Source of the DNA: a candidate division CPR2 bacterium GW2011_GWC2_39_35
Lineage (GTDB): Bacteria; Patescibacteriota; CPR2
DNA: 64,000 bases
Direction of reading: 5' to 3'
NCBI GenBank assembly: GCA_000995065.1
Contig: LBWX01000003.1
Location: 22,304-86,303, forward strand
Shown: in pieces, positions 29,403 through 39,451 of the stretch
Layout of the letters: every line of letters starts with the position of its first letter
Numbering within the stretch: position 1 is the first letter of the stretch
The notes under the pieces: model-generated
Told to the model about the DNA's origin: nothing
Databases searched by the model: none
What the model saw: the letters and a program-made list of their open reading frames with translations, nothing else
Made by a program: the position numbers and the translations under genes

Positions 29403-29489
29403 TGGTGCCGAGGACAGGACTTGAACCTGCACAGGCTTGCGCCCACATGCACCTCAAGCATGCGTGTATACCAATTCCACCACCTCGGC
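29403..29489 (-). tRNA. tRNA-Leu (anticodon GAG), long variable arm, CCA encoded
   Basis: The reverse complement GCCGAGGTGGTGGAATTGGTA...loop CTTGAGG...GGTTCAAGTCC...CCTCGGCACCA. Confidence 0.85.
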
Positions 29490-29623
29490 AAAAATAATTA
29501 TTAAGACCCAAATATTATACTAAAAAAACACTATTTCGTAAATAATTTCTATCTTTAAAAACCACTTTAGTATTTACACAACTAGCTAGCTATAATTATA
29601 CTAACGATATAAGGAAAACATTA

Positions 29624-30640
29624 ATGATATCAATATTTGAGCGTCCTAGTTTTATAGGTATTGAGATTGGTTACAGATCAATTAAGCTTGTTGAGCTAGA
29701 AAAGAATAAGAAACAGCACAAGCTTTCAAAGGTTGGAGAAATGCCAATTCCTGCAGGAATATTGATGTCCGAAAATAAAGATGACCTAGAAATAATCTCC
29801 AAGTCGATAAAGGATCTGGTAAAGATGCTCGGCTGCAAAACAACAGATGTTGCCTGCGCCATATCATCAGGAGAAATATTTGCTGCTTCCATAGACCTTC
29901 CGTTAATGACTGCTGCCGAAGTGGAGTATGCAATGAAATGGGAAATTAAAAAACGAATTCCGGGAAAAATCGAAGATACGCATGCCAAATGGATAGTAAC
30001 CAACCAAAGAGAAAAAACCGAAGTCTTAATAGTGGCTATTCCCAAACGTATTATTAAAAGATACTTGGAAGTCATAAGTAACAGCGGTCTCATACCCGGA
30101 ATTCTAGAAATCGAACCGTTTTCATTGGCAAGATCATTAACTCAGCCAGGGCAAGGATCAATAATTAACATTCATGTCGGCTCTTCTCTCACAACTGTAA
30201 ATTTTATACAAGATGGAGCCCTAAGAATCAGCAGATATATAAAAGCTGGTGAAGAACAAATTATTGAATCCATGATAAGTTTTTCTAAATCCATAAGTCC
30301 AACGAAAGTGGCAATTGTCAATAAATATACCGTCAAAAAAAATGAATCCGAACAAAATATTAACTATAGACAAAATCCAATTTTAAGAGAAATTATCGAT
30401 GAATTTAAAAAGCTTTGTCATTTTTCGATGGAGAATGGCAAGGAAATATCTCAGGTCGTTCTTTCCGGAGAATGCGCCCTTATCCCCAATTTTCCAGAAT
30501 ATTTGGGAAACGCTTTAGAAAAAGAGATTAGCATTGCCAATACGTGGCTTAAGATAGATTGTTCATCACACGAATCTCCCGCTCAACTAAAAAAAATTAG
30601 TCCAAGATTTGCAGTGGCAGCAGGGCTTGCGCTGGCCTAA
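29624..30640 (+). CDS. pilM: type IV pilus assembly ATPase-fold protein PilM
   Basis: 338 aa; IGIEIGYRSIKLVEL actin-like N-terminus; the gene order pilM-N-O-C follows. Confidence 0.8.
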   Translation: MISIFERPSFIGIEIGYRSIKLVELEKNKKQHKLSKVGEMPIPAGILMSENKDDLEIISKSIKDLVKMLGCKTTDVACAISSGEIFAASIDLPLMTAAEVEYAMKWEIKKRIPGKIEDTHAKWIVTNQREKTEVLIVAIPKRIIKRYLEVISNSGLIPGILEIEPFSLARSLTQPGQGSIINIHVGSSLTTVNFIQDGALRISRYIKAGEEQIIESMISFSKSISPTKVAIVNKYTVKKNESEQNINYRQNPILREIIDEFKKLCHFSMENGKEISQVVLSGECALIPNFPEYLGNALEKEISIANTWLKIDCSSHESPAQLKKISPRFAVAAGLALA

Positions 30641-30672
30641 AAACTAGACTATTATTATATATAAGAGGCAAA

Positions 30673-31224
30673 ATGACATTAAATCTAATTCCAGAAGAAG
30701 AAGAAAAAAGGATACTTTTCTTTCCTAAAACTATTAAAACAGTCGTAATCGCTATGGTCGTCGGCGGCATCTCGATCTCTATCTTAGGATTTAGATTTGT
30801 TGCTAACAAAGGACAAGTTTACGCCTTACAAAACGAGAAAAAGTCTTTAGACGTTGAGCTTATATCACTCGATGAAGTAAGAAGTAGCTATCAATATTAT
30901 ACGAGCAGTAAAAGCAAGGACTTGCTTTCTAACCGTACTGTGTTCTCAAAATTCTACAACAATATCCAAGCTGCTACTCCATCAACAGTCTGGCTTAATA
31001 ATGTTAGTTTAAGCGAAAACGATAATTTGACAATAGATGGAAAAACTACGGGGAGATCGGGTGATGAGAAAGCTGAATATACAGAAATCTCCAAATATAC
31101 TTCATCTCTTAAAAAAGCTGGTTTTATTGATCCTAAGATTCAATCAGCATCGATAGACCAAAAGACTAAAGTTGTGACATTTAGAATAGATACCAAAATA
31201 ACAAGGGCCATGATCAGTGAGTGA
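30673..31224 (+). CDS. pilN: PilN-like type IV pilus inner-membrane protein
   Basis: 183 aa; LNLIPEEEE (INLLP-like) N-terminus, single TM, coiled coil. Confidence 0.55.
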   Translation: MTLNLIPEEEEKRILFFPKTIKTVVIAMVVGGISISILGFRFVANKGQVYALQNEKKSLDVELISLDEVRSSYQYYTSSKSKDLLSNRTVFSKFYNNIQAATPSTVWLNNVSLSENDNLTIDGKTTGRSGDEKAEYTEISKYTSSLKKAGFIDPKIQSASIDQKTKVVTFRIDTKITRAMISE

Positions 31225-31768
31225 TATCGACAACCAAGCAAAAGAGAAATTAGAAAAAGTCGTAAGTAAGAATACTTTCAAGTTTTTTAATGCTTTGATA
31301 TACTTTGCGATTATCGGCACCTCAATTTTAATAACTTCTTTTCTAAGCAATATGATCAAGTCTCAAGAAGAAACAATGAGCAAACAAAGGACAGAAGTAG
31401 CTACTAAAAGAGAAGAAGTTGAGGAACTTAAAAAACTTAAAAACGAATTTCCAGATTTCCCCGCCAAAGTTAATGCGCTTAAAGAGATCGAAACAAAGCA
31501 AAAAGATGCTAGTCAAATTTTAGCCCAGATGAGCCAAGCCGCTAGTGAATCCGGTATCTCTCTTATTAACTTTGCGCCAACTTACACCAAAGGCATTGAA
31601 ATTAAAATAACTTTAACCGGCCCTCATAACAATTTAAAGAAGTTTCTAGAGAATGTCGAAAAGAATAGATTAATTATAAATTCAGTTAGCACTATTGCTA
31701 ATGTTAATATGAGCAAAGCCAATATATTACCAATATTCGAATTAAAAATAAAGCCGGCGGGGGGATAA
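31217..31768 (+). CDS. pilO: PilO-like type IV pilus inner-membrane protein
   Basis: 183 aa; TM plus coiled coil, position in the cluster, 8-nt overlap with pilN. Confidence 0.45.
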   Translation: MSDIDNQAKEKLEKVVSKNTFKFFNALIYFAIIGTSILITSFLSNMIKSQEETMSKQRTEVATKREEVEELKKLKNEFPDFPAKVNALKEIETKQKDASQILAQMSQAASESGISLINFAPTYTKGIEIKITLTGPHNNLKKFLENVEKNRLIINSVSTIANVNMSKANILPIFELKIKPAGG

Positions 31769-32026
31769 GTGGATCACAGTATTAAAAATTTTCACAGAAA
31801 CCTAATTATGCTTTCCATATTAATTCTAATTATCGAAATCGCTCATTTTTTTGTTTATCCTATCGTAAAAAATTATTCGGAGCCTCTAAAAGAAAATACT
31901 GTTAATATTCAACGGATAGATATCAAAAAAGAAAAAGCTTTCTTTGCGAAACTGGAAACATTGCAAGATAAAAGCGTTAACATTAATGAGCCAGTTAAAT
32001 CAGATGAAGACCCTTTTACTCCCTAA
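31769..32026 (+). CDS. small membrane protein (PilP-position ORF)
   Basis: 85 aa, one TM; abuts pilO. Confidence 0.35.
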   Translation: MDHSIKNFHRNLIMLSILILIIEIAHFFVYPIVKNYSEPLKENTVNIQRIDIKKEKAFFAKLETLQDKSVNINEPVKSDEDPFTP

Positions 32027-32041
32027 TAATCAGGTTTTAAT

Positions 32042-33250
32042 ATGCCAACTTACACATATAAAGCAAGAGATAAAGATAATAAACTTATTGTCGGTACCAT
32101 TGATTCGCAAACCGAAGAAAGTGCGGCCAATTTGTTGTCGGATAAGGGCCTTGTGCCAACCGGCATGGTGGTAAAAGAGAAGTTTAAAGGCTTTGATCGT
32201 TTAATCATAAAACATTCTTCTGTTTCTTTAAAAACACTGATGATTTTTTCTAAAGAGTTATCAATTATGATAAGCGCTGGCATACCTATAGCGAGAGCTT
32301 TTAAAACTCTGGTAGACGAAGAGGTGAATCTAAAGTTTTCGACCATAATTGCCGGTATCGCCAAAGATATAGAAGATGGAGAGCCTCTGCATAAATCCTT
32401 CCAAAAATATCCGGATGTTTTTCCTTCAATGTATATAAGCGCCGTTAAGGCTGGTGAAGCATCAGGTTCCTTGGATCGCATGCTTATAAAGTTGTCTGAT
32501 CAATTAGAAAGTGATTATGAGACTATTCTCCGAATTCGCAGCGCCATGGCATACCCAATCTTTATTTTAGCCGTCTTAGTCTTTACGGCAGCCGTTGTTA
32601 CAATTTGGGTTTTGCCTCAAATAAAAACTGTGTTTGATGAGGCCAGTGCTCAGTTACCCCTAATAACCAGAATAATTCTCTCCATTAGTGACATTGTAAG
32701 AGCTAATGGAATAGCAACGATTCTGATCCTTGGAATCCTTGTCTATTTTCTAAGATTGTGGATGAAAACCGACAAAGGCAAAATTACCCTCGATAACATG
32801 AAGCTAGTTATCCCAGTTTTTAACAACATCTACAAGAAAGTGTATATGGATCATTTTACCGGGACTTTGGCTACACTACTCTCCGGAGGACTCCCGATAC
32901 TTGAATCGCTAGATATCGTTGCCGATGGCATGAATAACAGGTTTTATAAAGAGAGCATCTTAAGAGTTAGGGATAAAATAAAAGACGGAGCGACTCTTTC
33001 TAAGCCGTTACGCGAAGACCCGTTATTTCCAAAAATGATCCCCCAAATGATTGCCATCGGAGAAGAAACGGGTAAAATTGATGAAATTCTTTTGAAATTA
33101 TCAAAGTTTTACCATAGCGAAGTCGATAATACAATTAAAGGCGCTTCTTCTCTTATTGAACCGATTATGCTTTTACTTATTGGAGTTGGAGTGGGGTTTT
33201 TGGTTGCAACTATAATTCTGCCAATTTATAACCTCTCTCAAGTTTTTTAA
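32042..33250 (+). CDS. pilC: type IV pilus platform protein PilC (GspF family)
   Basis: 402 aa; two T2SSF repeats, 3 TM. Confidence 0.85.
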   Translation: MPTYTYKARDKDNKLIVGTIDSQTEESAANLLSDKGLVPTGMVVKEKFKGFDRLIIKHSSVSLKTLMIFSKELSIMISAGIPIARAFKTLVDEEVNLKFSTIIAGIAKDIEDGEPLHKSFQKYPDVFPSMYISAVKAGEASGSLDRMLIKLSDQLESDYETILRIRSAMAYPIFILAVLVFTAAVVTIWVLPQIKTVFDEASAQLPLITRIILSISDIVRANGIATILILGILVYFLRLWMKTDKGKITLDNMKLVIPVFNNIYKKVYMDHFTGTLATLLSGGLPILESLDIVADGMNNRFYKESILRVRDKIKDGATLSKPLREDPLFPKMIPQMIAIGEETGKIDEILLKLSKFYHSEVDNTIKGASSLIEPIMLLLIGVGVGFLVATIILPIYNLSQVF

Positions 33251-33253
33251 AAG

Positions 33254-33655
33254 ATGTTTAAAATGATTCATTACCAAAAGAAAAAGAATGGCTTTACTAT
33301 TATAGAAGCCCTTATTGCAATATCCTTAATCGGGATAATTACTGTTTATATTATTCCTGTTTATCTAAATAGCATTCAAGCAAATCGCAAGAGTGCCAAT
33401 AAAACAAAAGCCGTTAACCGCGCTTTAGCCCAGATCGAAGAATACCGAAGAAAGGATTATGCTAGTATTCCAGAAAACCTAACAAGTTTTAATATCCCTG
33501 AACTCAAACTGCCAGAAGGAAAAGGAGAGATGTTTGTCACCGAAGACACTAGCTTAAACATTAAAAAGGTTGAAATTACAATTAAATGGAAAGAAAAAAA
33601 TAAGAACGAACAGATTGTTATCCCCACTTATATTGCTGACAAAGGAGTATTCTAA
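33254..33655 (+). CDS. prepilin-type N-terminal cleavage/methylation domain protein (minor pilin)
   Basis: KNGFTIIEALIAISLIGII class III signal peptide. Confidence 0.65.
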   Translation: MFKMIHYQKKKNGFTIIEALIAISLIGIITVYIIPVYLNSIQANRKSANKTKAVNRALAQIEEYRRKDYASIPENLTSFNIPELKLPEGKGEMFVTEDTSLNIKKVEITIKWKEKNKNEQIVIPTYIADKGVF

Positions 33656-34260
33656 TGAAAAAAAGGGGCTTTACTCTTGTTGAACTCTTAATTATTGTAG
33701 CCATTGCTGGCATACTTGCAATGGCAATCAGCTCTCTCGCGGTGCTTTCTATTAGAACTTATAGCGAACAATCCGAAGTAAGCAATCTTCAAACCGAAAA
33801 CCGAACTACCATTAATAGAATAAAAAACGAGGTTTTGCAAGGATCTGAGTTTCTACCAACATACGACTCGCGAACCGTTACAATTAATGCAGCCAACAAT
33901 AGCAATACTTTAATTATAAAAATACCCTCCATCGACAATACCGAAAGCTGGATTATCGACCCAATAACCAAGGAACCCAAAATCGACTACTTTATATACT
34001 GGACAGATTCTGGAGATCTTTATAAAAAAGTTGTACCCGATCAATTAAGCACTAGAAATGCTGAATACGGTATTATTTCAAGAAATACTGAAATTAGTTG
34101 CGAATATACAATAGAGGGGCTAGAAAGTATTAAAGCGGGGGAGGAGAGTAAAATCTCTGGAGCGGATCGCGTGCGAATCACCCTAAAGTCTTCTAAAACC
34201 TTAAGGAATAAATCGCTAGAAGCCACAAATACCACCGAAGCTAACTTAAGGAATCGTTAA
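33655..34260 (+). CDS. prepilin-type pilin-like protein
   Basis: KRGFTLVELLIIVAIAGILA class III signal peptide. Confidence 0.7.
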   Translation: MKKRGFTLVELLIIVAIAGILAMAISSLAVLSIRTYSEQSEVSNLQTENRTTINRIKNEVLQGSEFLPTYDSRTVTINAANNSNTLIIKIPSIDNTESWIIDPITKEPKIDYFIYWTDSGDLYKKVVPDQLSTRNAEYGIISRNTEISCEYTIEGLESIKAGEESKISGADRVRITLKSSKTLRNKSLEATNTTEANLRNR

Positions 34261-34261
34261 C

Positions 34262-35599
34262 ATGAGAAATCAAAAAGGATCAATAGCTGCAACAGTATTA
34301 GTTTATAGCTCCGTTATGGTAGTCGTTGGCATGGCAATTATTGGTTTAGTTATTGCTAATCTTAAATCAAGTCGTTTTAACTATGAACAATCATTAGCCC
34401 TTCAAGCTGCTGAGGCCGGAGCCGAAGAAATGCTTGCGAGAATAAATAATGAACCTGAAAAATATGGCGAAGAAGGTGCAGAAACTCATCCACCAATTAA
34501 TGGAACATTTACATATGATAGCAAAGACTTATCTTCTTATGAAACAAAAGTTACTAGACAACCGGACAAAAGCCAAATAATTAATTCTATCGGATACTCG
34601 CCAAATGTTTTAAACCCAAAAAAAGTTTTAAAAGAGATCAAAATAACAATTGCGATGAACAAACAAACAGAAGATTCTATTTTTAAGTATGCGGTTCAAA
34701 GTGCAAGTAACGGCGTTAATTTTGGTGGAACTATCGAAGTACAGGGACATGTCTATTCCGGAAACGATATTACCGGGGGCTCAGGATCTTTAGAACTATT
34801 TGGAAATGCCTATGCTGCTAACGCAATCGATGACAAAGTCAAAGGAGCCATCAAGACTCCTCTCGCCATCCATCCGCCATATTCGGCGTATGATTATCTC
34901 AACAGTTACACCGAGGGACAGCTCCAAGCTCTTATCGGCGAAAGGGAACTACCCAAATTGCCCGAGATCAATTATGCAGCTTGGCAAGAAGTTTGTGAAA
35001 AAAGCGGTAATAAAATTGATGCCGCAATATTACCGCAAAGCACCATAAACACTTCTGATCCCCTTATAAAAAACATGTCTGATGGACCAGTCGTTATTGA
35101 CGGTAATTTAAGCGTTGATGATGATTGGGAAATAAAAGGAGCCTATTGGATTACCGGTAATATCACATTTAATGGGGGGGATATCAAATTAAATGATACT
35201 ATTTTTTCTTACGGTAAAGATGATGAGGGTAATTTAAGGCCGCTATTTACCTTTATCATCACAAATGGCAAGATAACCGTCACTCACGACAGCGTCAATT
35301 TCTTGCCTAATAGCTCAGACCATTTTCCAGTCTTTATCTCGAGATATAGCGAAGGATCGGAAGTAGCGGTAAATTATAATGGGAAAAATCCAAATTCAGT
35401 TGGCTTTTTTGCCCCCTCTGGAGAAATCAAATTCGATGGAGCATCAAACGATGGAACCACCTCCTTATTAGTAGGACAAAAAATAGATTTTCAAGGAAAT
35501 GGGAAAGTAATATTTAACGACAAACTAAAAGACGCGCTGTTTCATACTGGAACAAAGCCCGGAACTCTGATTTCAAAAAGATGGCAAATAATCAAATAA
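34262..35599 (+). CDS. large PilX-N-like minor pilin / putative tip-associated protein
   Basis: 445 aa; N-terminal MRNQKGSIAATVLVYSSVMVVVGMAII resembles the PilX N-terminal domain; rest Gly/Asn-rich. Confidence 0.4.
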   Translation: MRNQKGSIAATVLVYSSVMVVVGMAIIGLVIANLKSSRFNYEQSLALQAAEAGAEEMLARINNEPEKYGEEGAETHPPINGTFTYDSKDLSSYETKVTRQPDKSQIINSIGYSPNVLNPKKVLKEIKITIAMNKQTEDSIFKYAVQSASNGVNFGGTIEVQGHVYSGNDITGGSGSLELFGNAYAANAIDDKVKGAIKTPLAIHPPYSAYDYLNSYTEGQLQALIGERELPKLPEINYAAWQEVCEKSGNKIDAAILPQSTINTSDPLIKNMSDGPVVIDGNLSVDDDWEIKGAYWITGNITFNGGDIKLNDTIFSYGKDDEGNLRPLFTFIITNGKITVTHDSVNFLPNSSDHFPVFISRYSEGSEVAVNYNGKNPNSVGFFAPSGEIKFDGASNDGTTSLLVGQKIDFQGNGKVIFNDKLKDALFHTGTKPGTLISKRWQIIK

Positions 35600-35627
35600 C
35601 TTACCTTTTAAATAAAGAATTTATCGC

Positions 35628-36194
35628 TTAAGATTTCTTTAAATAACCAAGATAATGAAGAGCCCGTAAGACCGCTAAAATAGTTTGGCCGTCGCTAATC
35701 TCGCCGGAATCCACAAGGTCAAAAAACTCTTCTATCTTAACTTTCTTAACCGCTGTTATTCCTTCTTCTTCCTGTTTATGGCTTCCCGTTTCCTTAAGAC
35801 TCCTCGCCACAAATAGATGGGTTGCTTCACTCGAAAAGCCATTTGCGGTAAAATATGATCCCACTTTTTCCCAACTTGATGCTAAAAGACCAGTTTCTTC
35901 TTCTAGCTCTCTTTTGGCTGCTTCTAAAGAGTCCTGCCCTTCCGCATTGCCGGCCGGTACTTCCCAAGAGTAATTATTTGTCGGATATCGAAATTGTCCA
36001 ATAAGATATACTTCGCGGTCTCTAGAAATAGGAACTATAAAAACTGCATCTCCTCTTGTTTGAACAAAACTATAATTACCCTTCTTGCTTTCAGGAGTAA
36101 TGACGCTATCTTCAATAATCTTAAGCCAAGGCGTCTCGTAGGCCACCCTGGACCCTAAAGTTTTCCATTTACTCGTCTTATCGACTTCTTTCAC
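35628..36194 (-). CDS. NUDIX hydrolase (ADP-ribose pyrophosphatase-like)
   Basis: Nudix box GNAEGQDSLEAAKRELEEETGL. Confidence 0.8.
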   Translation of the reverse strand: MKEVDKTSKWKTLGSRVAYETPWLKIIEDSVITPESKKGNYSFVQTRGDAVFIVPISRDREVYLIGQFRYPTNNYSWEVPAGNAEGQDSLEAAKRELEEETGLLASSWEKVGSYFTANGFSSEATHLFVARSLKETGSHKQEEEGITAVKKVKIEEFFDLVDSGEISDGQTILAVLRALHYLGYLKKS

Positions 36195-36277
36195 CCAATC
36201 TCCAAATTAGATTAATTATACCAGCGAAAAGCAGTAAATCCAATTCACCCAATTCACCCATTAACCAATCTGCCTAT

Positions 36278-37999
36278 CTAAATCTTATTCTCTTTCTTGG
36301 TCTTTACAAACCAATCATAAATGCCATTGAATCTAGAGGAAGGATCAATCATTTTTACGTGTTTAACCCCTTTAAAGTTTTTATTAACGGCATATATAAA
36401 GCTCGGGTTATATAAAAATACTGCTGGCATTTCATTTTGAATTATTTTCTGAGCCGCTATCAATTTATCTCTTTTTAATCCCTCATCCTTACTTTGCCTC
36501 GCTGCTTCTAAATACTTATCCAATTTGTCATTTGCAAACTGAGATAGATTAAGACCAGGATCAGTAATCTGAGTTGAGTGCCAATACCCATATAGATCCG
36601 AATCTGCGCCTAAAGATTCTCCGATTAGGATTGCTTGATATCGTCTCGGTTTAATGTATTCTTGCTGTAAAACGTTTATATCGACATCCTTTATGACAAC
36701 ATTAATCCCTAAAGGCTTTAATTGATTCTTAATGTTTTCGCTAGCTCTCTTTAGCTCTAACGAGTTATTGGTAATTACCTCGAACTCTAATATTTTATCA
36801 CCCTTTTTCCTGAAGTCTCCTTCCTTTTTCCAACCGGCGTCGTCTAAGATCTTATTAGTCTCTTCTAGGTTTTGAGTGATTTTTGGAATATCTTTCGAGT
36901 AGCCGACTAAGCCCGGCAAAATAGGATAATTAGTTACCATACCCAAAATCTTTGTATCACTAATTAAAGCATCTTTATTTATCGCTTTAGAAATTGCTTT
37001 TCTTAAATTCACATCACTAAAAATACCATCTTTTACATTGAAAAATAGGGCAACATATCTTGGAAGCTGCATCTCTATGTAATTTAAATTATTGAACTTT
37101 TTAGAGGTCTCATAATCTTCTAAAGTAAGGCCGGCAATACCATAGATATCCTTTTTTGAGTATGCTTTTAGAAGATCAGATTTTTCTTTAAACGTTTTAA
37201 AGACTATTTTATCTAAAAAGGCCGGGTGAGGAAAATAATCGTTACTTGCAATAAGAGTTAATTCCTGACCATGCTGTTTCTCACTTAGGGATTCAAACTC
37301 AAAAGGGCCGGAACCAATTGGATCCAAATTGAATTTAGAAACAGACATATTTTTAGCCGGAACCTCCTTAAATGAGGATTCAGGAATAATTCCCACTGTC
37401 GTCAGTTCTAAAAATGAGTAGTTAGGATGCGGAAGCACAAACTTAACCGTCCAATCATCCTGAACTTTTGCCTGAACACCTCTCCAATTCTCTTTTAAGG
37501 GACTTCTGGTATCGGGGTTCTGGATTGCATTAACCGTGAAAACTACATCCTGAGCTTTTACAAACTCATTCGATTTGTGCCACTTTGCATTTCTGCGGAG
37601 CGAAAACGTATATTCTTTGCCATCATCCGAAACCGTCCAGTTATAGGCTAAATCCGGCACAATTTCCCTAAGTTCGTTATATTTTGTCAAACCGCTAAAA
37701 ATTAAGGAAGAAACCTCGGAATTTGTACTGTTAGTAGAAGCAAATACCGGATTTAAGTTATCAACTGTTCCTGTAACGCCTTCGCTATAAACACCTCCGA
37801 AATCCGGTTCACTCACTTTAAAATAATTAGGCAACCTGTTAAAAGATTGCCAAAACATCATGCAAATTGCCCCCACCACCAAAAGCAGAGTGAAAACAAA
37901 TCGTTTTACATGAAGCAGTTTAGGGAATTTATCATAAAACCCCAAAATATTCTTTTGGAATTTTAAAATCCGCTTTTTGTGGTTAAGTTTCTTAAACAC
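36278..37999 (-). CDS. ABC transporter substrate-binding protein, family 5 (Opp/Dpp-like), lipoprotein or anchored; no permease genes adjacent
   Basis: 573 aa; N-terminal TM; SBP_bac_5-like sequence through FSGLTKYNELREIVPDLAYNWTVSDDGKEYTF. Confidence 0.7.
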   Translation of the reverse strand: MFKKLNHKKRILKFQKNILGFYDKFPKLLHVKRFVFTLLLVVGAICMMFWQSFNRLPNYFKVSEPDFGGVYSEGVTGTVDNLNPVFASTNSTNSEVSSLIFSGLTKYNELREIVPDLAYNWTVSDDGKEYTFSLRRNAKWHKSNEFVKAQDVVFTVNAIQNPDTRSPLKENWRGVQAKVQDDWTVKFVLPHPNYSFLELTTVGIIPESSFKEVPAKNMSVSKFNLDPIGSGPFEFESLSEKQHGQELTLIASNDYFPHPAFLDKIVFKTFKEKSDLLKAYSKKDIYGIAGLTLEDYETSKKFNNLNYIEMQLPRYVALFFNVKDGIFSDVNLRKAISKAINKDALISDTKILGMVTNYPILPGLVGYSKDIPKITQNLEETNKILDDAGWKKEGDFRKKGDKILEFEVITNNSLELKRASENIKNQLKPLGINVVIKDVDINVLQQEYIKPRRYQAILIGESLGADSDLYGYWHSTQITDPGLNLSQFANDKLDKYLEAARQSKDEGLKRDKLIAAQKIIQNEMPAVFLYNPSFIYAVNKNFKGVKHVKMIDPSSRFNGIYDWFVKTKKENKI

Positions 38000-38218
38000 T
38001 TATTTTACAAAAATTAAAGCAAAAACAGCGCCAAAGAAAAAAAGGCTTGCTATGATCGTTAGATAAAATAAAAGCTTCTCTGCGCCTCTTTTTACTTTAT
38101 ATATATTAGTACTTGCACCGAATACGGCACCCAAACCAGTTCCCTTGCTTTGAAGTAAAATAGAAGCCACTACCAAGATAGCTGACGCATAAATTGTAAC
38201 TAAAAGAAAAGTTTTCAT
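38000..38218 (-). CDS. secG: preprotein translocase subunit SecG
   Basis: 72 aa, 2 TM, LLQSKGTGLGAVFGAS matches the SecG LLQ.GKG.GLG..FGG motif. Confidence 0.65.
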   Translation of the reverse strand: MKTFLLVTIYASAILVVASILLQSKGTGLGAVFGASTNIYKVKRGAEKLLFYLTIIASLFFFGAVFALIFVK

Positions 38219-38434
38219 GTAACTCCCTTTAATTCTACTTAGAGCATTTTAGCATAAATTGCCCAATAAAGCAAAGCGCTCAAAACAGAAACAAAAAGGT
38301 AAAGGCGAGGGCAAAGAAACCGGTATGGTTTAGGGTTAGAGCAAAGTCTTTTTTAATACTTCACCCTTACCTCCTTACCAAACTGGCTTCCTAATCCTTG
38401 CCCTAACCTAAGTCAAAAGATTTTTATGTTTTCA

Positions 38435-39451
38435 TCATTTTTTACTAAGTTTACCCTGAGCATTTAGGATTGACCTTGAGTTTTGATCCCGATCTAATAC
38501 TTCCATTATAGCCGCTGCAATTTTATCCGAATCGTGTCTGATAAAAGATCGTTTTATCATGTCTGCCCTAGACTTAGCCGCAATCTGATTGCTTATTAAA
38601 TCCAACCTAATAACATTTTCTAAGTTATCGTTTTTCATCTTTACGGGAGTTTCTTTGTGAGCGAGATATCTTTTTTTAACCTCCGTACTCGGTTCAGTGA
38701 CGTTAAAAAGAACTAAATCAAAACCCCTACCGGAATACTTCTTGAGCTCCTCTAAATAATCTTCTAAGCACCAATCCTCATTTTCCTCAGGCTTGTTAAC
38801 CAGATTAGAGATATAAATAAACTTAGCCTTGGTCTTTTTTAGCGCTTCCGGAAACCCTTTCACAACCAAGTTGGCGAGCAAACTTGTCGATAGAGTTCCC
38901 GGAGACAAAACAACTAAATCAGCTTCCAAAATAGCTTTTTTAACTTTTGGATTGATTTTCCCTTCGGGTTCAAGATAGAATTCCCGCTTCTTGTACTTCC
39001 TGAAATCAAACTCATCTAGCTTGTGTTCTCCTTTTACGATTCTTCTATTATCTAACTTACAGCAAAGTCTTACATCGTCAGTGGTAACTGGTAAAACTTT
39101 GCCCTTAACCTTTAAGATATCGCTAGCTTCCTCGACTGCCTTCTCAAAATTCCCTGTCACTCTTTCCAAGGCAGTGATAAAAAGATTACCAAAAGTATGA
39201 CCGAAGAAAACGCCTCTGTCAAAACGATAATTAAAAAGTTTTCGAAGTAGTTCTGATTCCTCCGAAAGAGCTACCAAACATTGCCTAACGTCACCGGGAG
39301 GCAAGATACCAAATTCGTCCCTTAATGCCGCGGTTGAGCCACCATCATCTGCCATAGCCACCACTGCCGTTATATCTAGAGGGTATTCCCTTAATCCAGA
39401 GAGAATCGTAAAGTTACCGGTGCCGCCACCGATTACAACAACTTTTTTCAT
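38435..39451 (-). CDS. YvcK/CofD-family protein (gluconeogenesis factor, UPF0052)
   Basis: KVVVIGGGTGNFTILSGL...AMADDGGSTAALRDEFGILPPGDVRQCLVAL. Confidence 0.85.
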   Translation of the reverse strand: MKKVVVIGGGTGNFTILSGLREYPLDITAVVAMADDGGSTAALRDEFGILPPGDVRQCLVALSEESELLRKLFNYRFDRGVFFGHTFGNLFITALERVTGNFEKAVEEASDILKVKGKVLPVTTDDVRLCCKLDNRRIVKGEHKLDEFDFRKYKKREFYLEPEGKINPKVKKAILEADLVVLSPGTLSTSLLANLVVKGFPEALKKTKAKFIYISNLVNKPEENEDWCLEDYLEELKKYSGRGFDLVLFNVTEPSTEVKKRYLAHKETPVKMKNDNLENVIRLDLISNQIAAKSRADMIKRSFIRHDSDKIAAAIMEVLDRDQNSRSILNAQGKLSKK

